A stretch of DNA of 64,000 bases from an uncultured Clostridia bacterium (GCA_934489015.1 CAKSSN010000002.1:138935-202934), one strand, 5' to 3'. Counted from the stretch's first letter, positions 9,061 to 18,566 are shown. Notes: generated by a model from the sequence alone, not told the origin. Program-made: numbers and translations.

Positions 9061-9819
9061 CTAAACATAGTATCTGCCGCCGTCCGCCGTAACAATCTCC
9101 CATACGGGATATGCAGCGCCGTCCTTAACCTTATACCCAATGTTCATATCGGTAACCGTAAGTCCGTTTGCGGTTTCCTCCCCCGCAAGCTCCGCAAGAG
9201 CCGAGCACGGCGATTTAACAAGCTCCCTGCCGCTTTTTGAAAACGTAACGGGCTTTGCTTCAAGCTTATATGCACCATTCGGGGAAATTGTAATATTAAT
9301 TGGACAGTCAAAAACATTTTTGCCGTCAATCTGCGGAATAAGGCTTATGCTCACGGTGTCATCCTTTTCGTAAACATGGGCTTCCATCTCGTCATATGCA
9401 AGAGCAAACGATGAAACAAGCTTCCTCGCGTGCGTGAGTGCGCTGCTTTTATCGGAATAGCCGTCAAGCGTTCCGCTGACAAACAGCTCTCCGTCTTTTT
9501 CGCTCATGCTCACGCTGCCGCTTATATATGTTCCGTCAGACGATTTTGCCGCGCCGCTTCCGACAATTTTTTCAGCGGCGGCTTCGGCGTTTTCAAACCT
9601 GTTTTCCACACTCGCGGTTTTTATAGAATGAACGCTTTTTTTAAGGAGCTTATCCGACACCTCTATATTGTTTTTTTCAAGCAGCTGTCTTGTCTGCTTT
9701 ATTTCAACGTCGGTTACTCTTATATGATCCTCCGGATATTCGATAAGCGTAATAACCGCTGTCCAGACAAGCGCAATAAATATAATCAAAAATATGCTTG
9801 TTCTTTTAAAAAGCTTCAT
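9061..9819 (-). CDS. Membrane-anchored protein, YycI-like candidate regulator of the adjacent kinase
   Basis: Single N-terminal TM helix (IFLIIFIALVWTAVITLI) followed by an extracytoplasmic domain. Lies 3 nt downstream of the kinase gene. General resemblance to YycI only. Confidence 0.45.
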   Translation of the reverse strand: MKLFKRTSIFLIIFIALVWTAVITLIEYPEDHIRVTDVEIKQTRQLLEKNNIEVSDKLLKKSVHSIKTASVENRFENAEAAAEKIVGSGAAKSSDGTYISGSVSMSEKDGELFVSGTLDGYSDKSSALTHARKLVSSFALAYDEMEAHVYEKDDTVSISLIPQIDGKNVFDCPINITISPNGAYKLEAKPVTFSKSGRELVKSPCSALAELAGEETANGLTVTDMNIGYKVKDGAAYPVWEIVTADGGRYYV

Positions 9820-9822
9820 AAC

Positions 9823-11643
9823 TTATGCAGGTACGGGAATAGTAATGCTTACCTCAGTACCCTTTCCTACCTCACTTACTATTTTGATTTTGCCGCCGAA
9901 AATATTCTCAACAGTCTGCTTTGCAATCGCAAGTCCAAGACCCGTTCCGCCCGTTTCGCGCGACCTTGCCTTATCAACTCTGTAAAATCTGTCGAATATA
10001 TTAGGCAGATTTTCCTCCGGTATTCCAATTCCGTTATCTGTCACCTTTATGCATATATCATTATAAACCTTGCTTGTGTAAACATCAATCGTTCCGCCGT
10101 CTTGGGTATATTTTACCGCGTTTGTGACTATATTTATAACGACTCTTTCAAGAGCGTCGGGATCGCCCATAATAATGGGAGCATCGTTAATGGGGCTGTA
10201 GGTAAGCTTCTGATTTTTCTTTGAAGCGTTTATCTGCATACGCTCCGTAACGGCAGTCACGATTTTTCTCACGTCAACCTTTTCCGGTATTTTATATGAC
10301 GAGTGTTTGTCGTCAAGCGATGAGAGCGTGAGCAAATCGCTGATAAGACGCGCCATTCTGTCAGCTTCAGAGGCAATTACGCCTATAAATCTTGCCGCAA
10401 ACTCACCCTCAGCCGCCGGGCTGTCAAGAAGAGTTTCCGAATATGACTTGATTGTTGTAATAGGCGTTCTCAGCTCGTGAGATACGTCTGCAACAAACGC
10501 GCGGCGCGAGTTTTCAAGCCGCTCCTGCCTTGTTGTGTCGTGAAGCACAACAACTATTCCGGCAACCTTGCCATCAAGCTCAAAGGTTTTAAAGCTCATT
10601 AAAATATATTTTTCCTTATCAAGAGCAACCTTTCTTTCAACATCGCCGTCCGGCTTCATGTAAAGCAAATCGCCGATTGTTATATCAACATTAATTTCTT
10701 TAAAAAACTTGTCAAACTCTATGTCGTCGAGATAATTTCTCGAAAGAAGCCTTTTTGCTTCGTTATTGTAATGTATCAGCTCGCCCTTTGTGTTAAACGC
10801 AAGCAGTCCGTCCGTCATGCTCTGCAAAATTGTTTCAAGCTTTGTCTGATCATTCTTTGCCTCCGTAATGGCAAGGTCAAGCTTATTTGCCATATTAACA
10901 AGCGCTTCGGAAAGCTCCGAAAGCTCATCATGACCGGCAACGTCCGTTTTTGCGTCAAGCTCACCCTCCGCAAGCTGCTTTGCCCAGCGGTTTAAATGCT
11001 TCAGCGGAATTGTAACGGAATTTGCGGTATAAAGCCCGGCAATCATTGAAAGAATTATTCCGCCAATAAGGCATATTACATATAAAAGCAGCGATCGGCG
11101 CACATTTGCATAAAGCATATCGCCCGTATCGTTTATATATACAATATATTTTGAAGTGCCGAGCGCAACGGCATAATCCATGTGTTTTTGTATAAGCGAG
11201 GTTGACATTCCCGCATTGCCGTTAAGTGCTGCAATAATAGACGGAGTTTTAACAACGCCGTCGTCAATTATCTTCTCGCTTGTTGAATAAAGCGGCGTTC
11301 CCGACGAGTCGAGAATACACATAAATCTTGACGAATTAATTCCCAGCTCTCCGGCATATGTCCATATTCTGTCGTAAAGCCTTTTTGCGTTATCCATTTC
11401 AACGGCATTAACGGTCATATCCGCTCCGTCGTTATTAACCGTATAATCAACCTCTTCGGCAATGCCGCACAGCTCCCCGACAAGCTCGTCACTGAAAACC
11501 GACTTTACCGCCGTTTCAAAGCTCTGCTTTTCTCCGTAAATCATTGTTCCGGTCTGTATGGCGCATATCACCGTAAGCACCGCCGTAATGCAAAGGCAGC
11601 AAAGAAGCGCAAGCTTCCATTTTATACTTCTGAAATTATTCAA
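9823..11643 (-). CDS. Sensor histidine kinase, WalK/VicK-like (2 TM, HAMP, PAS, HisKA, HATPase)
   Basis: H-box FVADVSHELRTPITTIKSY. N, G1 and G2 boxes present (NAVKYT, DNGIGIP, GGTGLGLAI). Two TM segments flank a loop of about 150 aa. Confidence 0.85.
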   Translation of the reverse strand: MNNFRSIKWKLALLCCLCITAVLTVICAIQTGTMIYGEKQSFETAVKSVFSDELVGELCGIAEEVDYTVNNDGADMTVNAVEMDNAKRLYDRIWTYAGELGINSSRFMCILDSSGTPLYSTSEKIIDDGVVKTPSIIAALNGNAGMSTSLIQKHMDYAVALGTSKYIVYINDTGDMLYANVRRSLLLYVICLIGGIILSMIAGLYTANSVTIPLKHLNRWAKQLAEGELDAKTDVAGHDELSELSEALVNMANKLDLAITEAKNDQTKLETILQSMTDGLLAFNTKGELIHYNNEAKRLLSRNYLDDIEFDKFFKEINVDITIGDLLYMKPDGDVERKVALDKEKYILMSFKTFELDGKVAGIVVVLHDTTRQERLENSRRAFVADVSHELRTPITTIKSYSETLLDSPAAEGEFAARFIGVIASEADRMARLISDLLTLSSLDDKHSSYKIPEKVDVRKIVTAVTERMQINASKKNQKLTYSPINDAPIIMGDPDALERVVINIVTNAVKYTQDGGTIDVYTSKVYNDICIKVTDNGIGIPEENLPNIFDRFYRVDKARSRETGGTGLGLAIAKQTVENIFGGKIKIVSEVGKGTEVSITIPVPA

Positions 11644-11677
11644 AAAAATCCCTCTTATAAATTATTTATTATAGGCA

Positions 11678-12382
11678 TTACTTGTTAAAATAATATCCGA
11701 TTCCGCGCTTTGTAATGATATATTTCGGCATACTCGGATCATCCTCGATTTTTTCTCTGAGACGCCTTACCGTAACGTCAACCGTTCTGACATCGCCGTA
11801 ATACTCATAGCCCCAGACATTTTCAAGAAGCTTTTCTCTTGAAAAAATCTTTTCCGGCTGAGTTGCCAAAAACTTTAAAAGCTCAAATTCTCTCAATGTA
11901 ATATCGAGTATTTTTCCGTGCTTTACAACCTCATAACGCTCCGTGTTAATCATGAGATCGCCCGAATTTATAATATGCTCTGACTTTTCCGTATTAACCT
12001 GCGGAGTATCCTGATTGTTTACCCTTCTGAGGTTGGCCTTAACCCTTGCCGTCAGCTCGCGCATCGAAAACGGCTTTGTCATATAATCGTCCGCACCGAG
12101 CTCAAGACCGAGAACCTTGTCAAGCTCTTCCTCACGGGCTGTAAGCATGATAATAGGCACCTGCATATGCTCCTCGCGGATTTTTCTGCATACCTCAAAA
12201 CCGTCCATCTGAGGAAGCATAACGTCAAGCAAAATAAGATTTGGCTTTTCGTTTATCGCCATTTCAAGACCTGTTGCACCGTCAAGCGCTTCGATTGTTT
12301 CATAGCCCTCTTTTTGAAGGTTAAATTTCAGAATATCAACTATATGCTGCTCATCCTCGATAATAAGAATTTTTCTTGCCAT
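11678..12382 (-). CDS. OmpR-family response regulator, WalR/YycF-like
   Basis: Receiver domain (ILIIEDE...LLDVMLP) plus a winged helix (RTVDVTVRRLREKIEDDPSMPKYIITKRGIGY). Start set to ATG 12382 (MARKILIIED). Confidence 0.85.
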   Translation of the reverse strand: MARKILIIEDEQHIVDILKFNLQKEGYETIEALDGATGLEMAINEKPNLILLDVMLPQMDGFEVCRKIREEHMQVPIIMLTAREEELDKVLGLELGADDYMTKPFSMRELTARVKANLRRVNNQDTPQVNTEKSEHIINSGDLMINTERYEVVKHGKILDITLREFELLKFLATQPEKIFSREKLLENVWGYEYYGDVRTVDVTVRRLREKIEDDPSMPKYIITKRGIGYYFNK

Positions 12383-12456
12383 AAAATCAATTCCTTTCAT
12401 TAAAATCACCATACCGGCACGCCATGCCGAATATCCCCAAATAACTCCTACTTTAT

Positions 12457-12485
12457 ATTTTAACAGAAAGTTACAAGAATTTCAA
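12457..12485 (-). promoter_or_regulatory. Promoter for the two-component operon
   Basis: Minus strand reads TTGAAA-17 nt-TAAAAT. Confidence 0.5.
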
Positions 12486-12518
12486 GAGTTTTTTACAAAA
12501 ATTATTGTTTTTTTTCAA

Positions 12519-13799
12519 TTACCAGACAAAATCAAATTCCAGGTCGCCTATTCTGACCGTCTGTCCCTCCTGAATACCCTTTTCAATCAGCGCATCAATG
12601 ACACCCTTTTTAACAAGCGCGCGCTGAAAATACTGAAGTGACTCACGGTCCGAAAAATTAACGCTGCCTCCGACCGCCTCAATCCATGCACCCGATATTA
12701 CAAATACATCGTTGTCGCGCTCTATTTTAAAGCCGGTATCGTCAATATCTGCCGCAAGCTCTTCAAACGGATCGGGCTCCGCTTCATACTCCTGTATAGG
12801 CGGCAAAGCGGTAAGGCGTGTATACACTCTCTTCATAAGCTCATCGAGCCCCTCGCCTGTAGCCGCAGAAATAGGATAAACCTCATAGCCGTTATCATTT
12901 GCATATTTCAAAAACGCTTCATATGCGTCATTGTCCTGCAATATATCCGTTTTGTTTGCCGCAATAATCTGCGGTCTTTCTTCAAGCTCCATATCATACT
13001 CGGAAAGCTCTTTATTTATCGCTTCAAAATCCTCAATCGGATTTCTGCCCTCTATGCACGAAACGTCAACAACATGAACAAGAAGCCTTGTGCGCTGTAT
13101 ATGCCGCAGAAATTCATGACCGAGTCCCGCGCCTGCGCTCGCGCCCTCTATAAGTCCCGGAATATCGGCAATAACGAAATTCATATGCTCGCCCACCGAG
13201 CAAACGCCCAAATTCGGAACAAGCGTTGTAAAGTGGTAATTCGCAATTTTCGGATCTGCCTTTGTCGTTCTTGAAAGGATAGTTGATTTACCGACATTCG
13301 GGAAGCCTATAAGTCCGACATCGGCAAGCAGGCGCAGCTCAAGATTAACCATTCTCTCCTCGCCGCTTCTGCCGTTTTTTGCAAAATTCGGCGTCTGCCG
13401 CGTAGGCGTTGCAAAATGGCTGTTTCCCCAGCCGCCGTTTCCGCCGCGCGCAAGCACAACAGAGGAGTCCTCTCTCGACATATCCGCAAGAAGTCTGTTT
13501 GACTCCGAGTCGCGTATAAGCGTGCCCTGCGGAACAAAAATCTCAATATCCGCGCCGTTTTTTCCCCTTTGGCGCTTGCCGGAACCGTCTGAGCCGTTTT
13601 CGGCAACATATTTTCTTTTATATTTAAAATCCATAAGCGTTGTAAGACCGGTGTCAACCTTAAAAATAACGTTTCCGCCCTTGCCGCCGTCACCGCCGTC
13701 GGGTCCTCCCGCAGCAACATATTTTTCACGGTGAAAGGAAATTGATCCGTTTCCGCCGTTACCGGCCTTTATAAAAATGCGCGCTTTATCTGTAAACAT
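12519..13799 (-). CDS. obg: GTPase Obg/CgtA
   Basis: Glycine-rich Obg fold (GGNGGNGSISFHREK, GGDGGKGG). G1 GFPNVGKST and G3 DIPGLIEGA. C-terminal OCT domain. Confidence 0.95.
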   Translation of the reverse strand: MFTDKARIFIKAGNGGNGSISFHREKYVAAGGPDGGDGGKGGNVIFKVDTGLTTLMDFKYKRKYVAENGSDGSGKRQRGKNGADIEIFVPQGTLIRDSESNRLLADMSREDSSVVLARGGNGGWGNSHFATPTRQTPNFAKNGRSGEERMVNLELRLLADVGLIGFPNVGKSTILSRTTKADPKIANYHFTTLVPNLGVCSVGEHMNFVIADIPGLIEGASAGAGLGHEFLRHIQRTRLLVHVVDVSCIEGRNPIEDFEAINKELSEYDMELEERPQIIAANKTDILQDNDAYEAFLKYANDNGYEVYPISAATGEGLDELMKRVYTRLTALPPIQEYEAEPDPFEELAADIDDTGFKIERDNDVFVISGAWIEAVGGSVNFSDRESLQYFQRALVKKGVIDALIEKGIQEGQTVRIGDLEFDFVW

Positions 13800-13856
13800 T
13801 CTTTCCGCACCTTTCCGCTTTGATAAGCTTATTTAATTTTTGATATATTTACTGTC

Positions 13857-13905
13857 TTAGGCATGAGGGAGCTGAACTCCATGAGTTCAACTCTCTCATG
13901 TCTAA
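13857..13905. repeat. 23-bp-stem hairpin (palindromic motif copy B) in the obg leader region
   Basis: TTAGGCATGAGGGAGCTGAACTC-CAT-GAGTTCAACTCTCTCATGTCTAA. There are 3 non-Watson-Crick positions. Confidence 0.7.
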
Positions 13906-14011
13906 ACAGTCGCCGCAAGCACTTTAAAAACAATAAATTTATTTAACCTATATACCGAATTTGCACAAATGCCAAAACGCGCCTTATCCAAAATGACGTT
14001 TCGGCGTTGCG

Positions 14012-14133
14012 GCAAAAAACATATTTTAAACACATTATTTATGAAAATATTTTTTCGTCAAAGCATTACGCCGGGAATATTTTATTTACAAAACATTCTG
14101 CCCGAAAATATTTTATCCGCAAGACATTCCGCA
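14012..14133. repeat. Three clear tandem ~30-bp direct repeats plus one degenerate copy
   Basis: R1 14043..14072 GAAAATATTTTTTCGTCAAAGCATTACGCC. R2 14073..14102 GGGAATATTTTATTTACAAAACATTCTGCC. R3 14103..14133 CGAAAATATTTTATCCGCAAGACATTCCGCA. A degenerate copy lies at about 14015..14042. Confidence 0.7.
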
Positions 14134-14180
14134 CGTTAAACGCCGCGCAAAAAAACCGTCCGCAAATGCTTTCCGTCTGC

Positions 14181-14217
14181 TTTAAAGAAAAAGGCTGTCA
14201 TTTTTTATGACAGCCTT
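14181..14217 (-). terminator. Intrinsic terminator after rpmA
   Basis: AAGGCTGTCA / TGACAGCCTT 10-bp stem followed on the minus strand by TTTTTCTTT. Confidence 0.8.
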
Positions 14218-14222
14218 TATAC

Positions 14223-14477
14223 TTAAGCGGAATAAACACTGCACTGTGTCTTATCCCTGCCCTTTCTCTCAAACTTAACCTTTCCGTCGATAAGTGCAAA
14301 CAAGGTATCGTCGCTGCCCTTGCCTACATTAACTCCCGGATGGATTTTTGTACCTCTCTGTCTTACGAGAATATTTCCGGCTAATACGCTCTGACCGTCA
14401 GCTTTTTTAGCGCCTAAACGTTTACTTTCGCTGTCACGACCGTTTTTCGTACTACCCATACCTTTTTTATGAGCCAT
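14223..14477 (-). CDS. rpmA: 50S ribosomal protein L27 (no N-terminal propeptide)
   Basis: [22 protein letters not shown]. No ysxB/prp gene lies between rplU and rpmA, consistent with the absence of a propeptide. Confidence 0.95.
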   Translation of the reverse strand: MAHKKGMGSTKNGRDSESKRLGAKKADGQSVLAGNILVRQRGTKIHPGVNVGKGSDDTLFALIDGKVKFERKGRDKTQCSVYSA

Positions 14478-14517
14478 GAATTAACACCTCTGCTTTCTCT
14501 TTGTTTTTACTTAGCAA

Positions 14518-14829
14518 TTAACCATTAATTTTGGTTATTTCAAGCTTTGTATAAGGTTGTCTGTGACCAATTTTACGTCTGTAATTTTTCTTTCTCTTCA
14601 TTTTGAAAACGTAAATCTTTTTAGCCTTTCCGTTTTTCAAAACCTTAGCTTCAACAGAAGCACCGTCAACTGCCGGTGTACCTACAGTTATCTTATCATC
14701 ATTGCCGATAATAAGAACCTTATCAATTGTAACACTTTCGCCTTCTTCAGCTCCGAGTTTCTCAACGAATATTACATCGCCTTCCGAAACCTTATACTGC
14801 TTACCGCCTGTTTCGATTACTGCGTACAT
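14518..14829 (-). CDS. rplU: 50S ribosomal protein L21
   Basis: [18 protein letters not shown], 103 aa. Confidence 0.95.
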   Translation of the reverse strand: MYAVIETGGKQYKVSEGDVIFVEKLGAEEGESVTIDKVLIIGNDDKITVGTPAVDGASVEAKVLKNGKAKKIYVFKMKRKKNYRRKIGHRQPYTKLEITKING

Positions 14830-14906
14830 AAAAACACCTCCTGAATTTTTAATGGAGACTCGCTATTAAGGCAGCAAACGCTTTAAAAGCCTTTTCTATG
14901 CGGTCA
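14830..14906 (-). promoter_or_regulatory. rplU 5' leader, possibly an L21-leader-type element
   Basis: An untranslated leader of about 75 nt lies between the predicted promoter and rplU. I could not verify the structure by eye. Confidence 0.3.
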
Positions 14907-14912
14907 TGGTTT

Positions 14913-14941
14913 AATTATACCAAAAAAAGCACCCGTCGTCA
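14913..14941 (-). promoter_or_regulatory. Promoter for rplU-rpmA
   Basis: Minus strand reads TTGACG-17 nt-TATAAT. Confidence 0.6.
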
Positions 14942-14997
14942 ATATTTTTTAGCAAAAACATTAATTTTTGTGAAATATGCATATGACTATGCGCATT

Positions 14998-15291
14998 TTA
15001 CTTGAATTTGTGCCGTATATGTGAAATAGCCTTTTCTATAATATCAAGAACGTGCTCGTCATCAATCGAATAATATATATTTTTTCCGTCGCGTCTTGAC
15101 TTTACGTGTCCCTCAATTTTAAGAAGCTTGAGCTGGTGCGACACCGCAGACTGCGAAACATTAAGAATTTCGGAAATATCCGAAACGCACATTTCGCCTT
15201 CGGCAAGAGCGCATATAATCCTCACCCTTGTTTCATCGCCGAGCACCTTAAAAAAGGACGCCAGTCTTTGTACATTTATATCCGAGATCAT
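14998..15291 (-). CDS. ArsR/SmtB-family metalloregulator with a CzrA-type alpha5 site
   Basis: HTH CVSDISEILNVSQSAVSHQLKLLK. The C-terminal DEHVLDIIEKAISHIRH fits DxHx10Hx2H. Confidence 0.8.
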   Translation of the reverse strand: MISDINVQRLASFFKVLGDETRVRIICALAEGEMCVSDISEILNVSQSAVSHQLKLLKIEGHVKSRRDGKNIYYSIDDEHVLDIIEKAISHIRHKFK

Positions 15292-15306
15292 TTTTCTTGC
15301 CTTTCC

Positions 15307-16104
15307 TTACATAAAGCTTGTCATGCCGACAAGCAGATAAAAAATTACGGGAGTAATGTAAACAACGCTGTCAAACCTGTCCATAAAGCCGCCGTGACCC
15401 GGAAGAATATTTCCGAAATCCTTAACGCCGCTGTCGCGTTTCACGGCAGATGCGACCAGATCTCCGAGCTGCGAGAACACCGATGTAAACATTCCTATAA
15501 ATGCAAGTGACAGATGTCCGACAAGCAACGGAAGCGACAGCGCATTTAATATAAATCCGTAAAGAACGCAGGAAAGCGCTGATGAAACTATTCCGCCTAT
15601 TGCTCCCTCAACCGTTTTTTTCGGGCTCACGCGAGGAATAAGCTTATGCTTACCGAACGCACGGCCTGCAAAATACGCCCCCGTATCCGTCATCCAAGCG
15701 CATATGAACACAAGAATAACAGACGGTATTCCGAACTGTGTATATATTTTTATCATACTTCCGAAAAAAATGCTTATAAACAATGTCAAAAGAGCGTTTA
15801 TGCCTATTTCCTTGCAGTCAACCCTGCCATGCAGAAAAACCATTGCCGCAAGATATATAAACATTACCGCCGTCATCGCAAAATCAAGGCTGACCTGACC
15901 GAATATTATCGAAAGCAAAATAAGCGCGCCGCCTATATACCCGACAACCCAAAGCACCTTGTCGGATTTTATGCTTTTATATATTTCATAAAGCATACCC
16001 CCCGTGATAACGCTGACAGCAATAATAAAAGCTGCCTTGCCCGCAAACACAACGGCAAAAAACACAACAAGTCCTATCAGCGCGGTAACAACACGTCTGA
16101 GCAT
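15307..16104 (-). CDS. cdsA: Phosphatidate cytidylyltransferase
   Basis: Multi-TM protein with the C-terminal motif GHGGFMDRFDS. Located downstream of uppS. Confidence 0.9.
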   Translation of the reverse strand: MLRRVVTALIGLVVFFAVVFAGKAAFIIAVSVITGGMLYEIYKSIKSDKVLWVVGYIGGALILLSIIFGQVSLDFAMTAVMFIYLAAMVFLHGRVDCKEIGINALLTLFISIFFGSMIKIYTQFGIPSVILVFICAWMTDTGAYFAGRAFGKHKLIPRVSPKKTVEGAIGGIVSSALSCVLYGFILNALSLPLLVGHLSLAFIGMFTSVFSQLGDLVASAVKRDSGVKDFGNILPGHGGFMDRFDSVVYITPVIFYLLVGMTSFM

Positions 16105-16108
16105 AAAA

Positions 16109-16855
16109 TCACCCCTTTATGCCGCCAAATCTGCGGCCTCGTCCCTGAAAATCAATTATTGCCTTATGTAAATCACGAACGGAAAAATCCGGCCAAAGCT
16201 TCGGAGTAAACCACATTTCCGAATAGCTGTTCTGCCAGAGAAGAAAATTGCTCAGCCGCTGCTCGCCGCTCGTTCTGATGAGCAAATCAACATCGGGCTG
16301 ACCTGCTGTATAAAGGCAGTCTTCAAAAGCCGCCTCGTCAATATCCTCCGGCTTTATTTCTCCCTTTGCCGCCTTTTCGGCAAGCGTTCTTGCAGCGTGC
16401 AGAATTTCCTCTCTGCCGCCGTAATTAAGAGCAATATTCATCACAATTCCGTCATTTTTTGAGGTGAAGGCTTCGGTTTTGAGTATTTGACTGCGGATTT
16501 CCTCCGAAAGCTCTTTTCTCGAACCGATAGCGCGTATCACAACATTTTCACCGGCAAGCGTTTTTTCGGCATTCTTCAAATAATTAAGAAGCAAATTCAT
16601 CAAAAAATCCACTTCTTCTTTCGGGCGCTTCCAGTTTTCCGTTGAAAAGGCATAAACCGTTATATAGCCTATTCCCATTTTGTTGCACTCGGTTACTATT
16701 TTTTTAAGGTTATCCGCACCTGCCGAATGACCTGCCGATCTCGGAAGTCCTCTTTTCTTTGCCCACCTTCCGTTGCCGTCAAGGATAACGCCTATATGCT
16801 TCGGCAGTCTGTTATAATCAATTTCATCAAGCAGCTTTTTTTTAGACAGTAGCAT
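16109..16855 (-). CDS. uppS: Undecaprenyl diphosphate synthase (isoprenyl transferase)
   Basis: HIGVILDGNGRWAKKRGLPR, and RTSGEQRLSNFLLWQ. Confidence 0.95.
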   Translation of the reverse strand: MLLSKKKLLDEIDYNRLPKHIGVILDGNGRWAKKRGLPRSAGHSAGADNLKKIVTECNKMGIGYITVYAFSTENWKRPKEEVDFLMNLLLNYLKNAEKTLAGENVVIRAIGSRKELSEEIRSQILKTEAFTSKNDGIVMNIALNYGGREEILHAARTLAEKAAKGEIKPEDIDEAAFEDCLYTAGQPDVDLLIRTSGEQRLSNFLLWQNSYSEMWFTPKLWPDFSVRDLHKAIIDFQGRGRRFGGIKG

Positions 16856-16887
16856 AAAAACTCTCCCACAAAAAATTACTTATCAAT

Positions 16888-16921
16888 TTAAATCAAGAGT
16901 GTGTCACCGAAAATGACACAC
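16888..16921 (-). terminator. Probable terminator after frr
   Basis: GTGTGTCA / TGACACAC stem followed on the minus strand by TCTTGATTT. Confidence 0.45.
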
Positions 16922-16957
16922 CTCCCGACACTGTTAAGAAATATAAACAAACCCTCG

Positions 16958-17509
16958 TTATATTTCCGTAATTTCCTTTACCTTGTCCGCTTCAATATTG
17001 TCTACAAGAGCAATATATTTATCTGTAAGCTTCTGAATATCCTTTTCCGCAGCCTTAACGTCGTCTTCGGTAATTTCGCCGTTTTTCTTCTGAGCCTTTA
17101 TTTTCTCAAGACCGTCACGGCGAGCGTTACGCACCTGAACCTTAGCTTCCTCAGAATATTTCTTTACCATCTTTGCAAGCTCTTTTCTGCGCTCCTCTGT
17201 AAGCGGCGGGAATGAAAGTCTTATAACCTTTCCGTCATTCTGCGGCGTTATTCCGAGATCGGACGCCTGAATAGCCTTTTCTATTTCCTTAAGTACAGTC
17301 ATGTCCCACGGCTGAATAACAAGTGTTCTCGGGTCGGGCGATGCAATTGAGCCGACCTGGCCGATAGGCGTCATCGAGCCGTAGTATTCTACAGAAATTT
17401 TATCGAGTACAGATGCATTTGCTCTTCCTGCACGTATTGTTTTGAGCTCTCCCTCAAAGCCTTCAATTCTTTCCTTCATTTTTTCCTCAACTTCGGGATA
17501 ATTTGACAT
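16958..17509 (-). CDS. frr: Ribosome recycling factor
   Basis: 184 aa counted from ATG 17509 (MSNYPEVEEKMKERIEGF), behind GAAAGGAAAG. The track start at 17608 is a 33-codon extension. Confidence 0.95.
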   Translation of the reverse strand: MSNYPEVEEKMKERIEGFEGELKTIRAGRANASVLDKISVEYYGSMTPIGQVGSIASPDPRTLVIQPWDMTVLKEIEKAIQASDLGITPQNDGKVIRLSFPPLTEERRKELAKMVKKYSEEAKVQVRNARRDGLEKIKAQKKNGEITEDDVKAAEKDIQKLTDKYIALVDNIEADKVKEITEI

Positions 17510-17658
17510 AACATTCACTTTCCTTTCTGATTTATTTATTGTCGCAATTGTTAAATTGCATTTTACCGCACTATCCGCAAAACCGCTTTTCAACCGCTTT
17601 GCATACATTAAATGCGTAATATTATTCTATTTAAGGCAAGATGCCTTTAAAGTCATAT

Positions 17659-18381
17659 TTATTTTCTTATGCCGTCATTTGAAACATATGTTCCGATTTT
17701 TTTGCCCTTAACTGCCTTAACGATATTTTCGGGATCATTAAGTCCGAAAACGAGCAGCGGCATATTATTATCGCGGCACATTGAAGCTGCCGTTGAGTCC
17801 ATAACACCCAAATTCATGCTCAAAATATCTGTATAAGTAAGCGTATCAAATTTTTTGGCATTCGGGTTTAAGTTAGGATCGCTGTCATAAACAGCGTCAA
17901 CATTTTTTGCAAGGAGAATTATTTCAGCTTCCGTTTCAACAGCTCTGAGCGCTGCTGCGGTATCGGTTGACATAAACGGATTTCCCGTTCCGCAGCCAAA
18001 TATAACAACTCTGTTTTTTTCGAGATGGCGCACTGCGCGGCTTCTTATATACGGCTCTGCAATCTGGCGCATTTCGATACTTGTCTGAACTCTTGTCGGT
18101 ATATCGGCGTTTTCAAACGCGGAGCAAAGCGCAAGCGCATTAATTGCCGTTGCAAGCATACCCATATGGTCGGCACGCGTTCTGTCCATATTGCTGCCGC
18201 TTCTTCCTCTCCATATATTTCCGCCGCCAACAACAACACTTATCTGAACTCCCAAATCATAAACAGCCTTTACGCTTTTTGAAATAGATGAAAGAGTGTT
18301 TTCGTCAAGACCAAATCCGTTGTCTCCGGCAAGAGCCTCACCGCTGATTTTAAGTAATACGCGTTTATATTTTGTACTCAT
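17659..18381 (-). CDS. pyrH: UMP kinase
   Basis: [11 protein letters not shown] start region, and [10 protein letters not shown]. Confidence 0.95.
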   Translation of the reverse strand: MSTKYKRVLLKISGEALAGDNGFGLDENTLSSISKSVKAVYDLGVQISVVVGGGNIWRGRSGSNMDRTRADHMGMLATAINALALCSAFENADIPTRVQTSIEMRQIAEPYIRSRAVRHLEKNRVVIFGCGTGNPFMSTDTAAALRAVETEAEIILLAKNVDAVYDSDPNLNPNAKKFDTLTYTDILSMNLGVMDSTAASMCRDNNMPLLVFGLNDPENIVKAVKGKKIGTYVSNDGIRK

Positions 18382-18494
18382 TTATTTTTCTCCCATACAT
18401 TTTTTTGCAGCAAACACAAAACCTCCGCTCATGCTAAGGCTGCTTTGAGCCATCGGCATACCGGCTTTTTGTATCCGCCCGTTTTTGTAATCTC

Positions 18495-18544
18495 TTACAA
18501 AAAGGGGAAACACAATAAAACAGACAAGCTTTCAGTGTTCCCCC
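18495..18544 (-). terminator. Terminator or attenuator between tsf and pyrH
   Basis: GGGGAACAC...GTGTTTCCCC stem followed on the minus strand by TTTTTGT. Confidence 0.55.
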
Positions 18545-18566
18545 TCTTTTATTCAATCAAATTAAT

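Noticed and set aside
9430-10224. 264-aa plus-strand ORF.
   Set aside because: It is antisense to the histidine kinase and YycI-like genes, which have clear domain motifs. It has no recognisable motifs.
14007-14210. 67-aa ORF; separately, the possibility that the 30-bp repeats form a CRISPR array.
   Set aside because: The ORF is the in-frame translation of the tandem repeats and runs into the rpmA terminator. The repeats are contiguous with no spacers and are imperfect, so this is not a CRISPR array.
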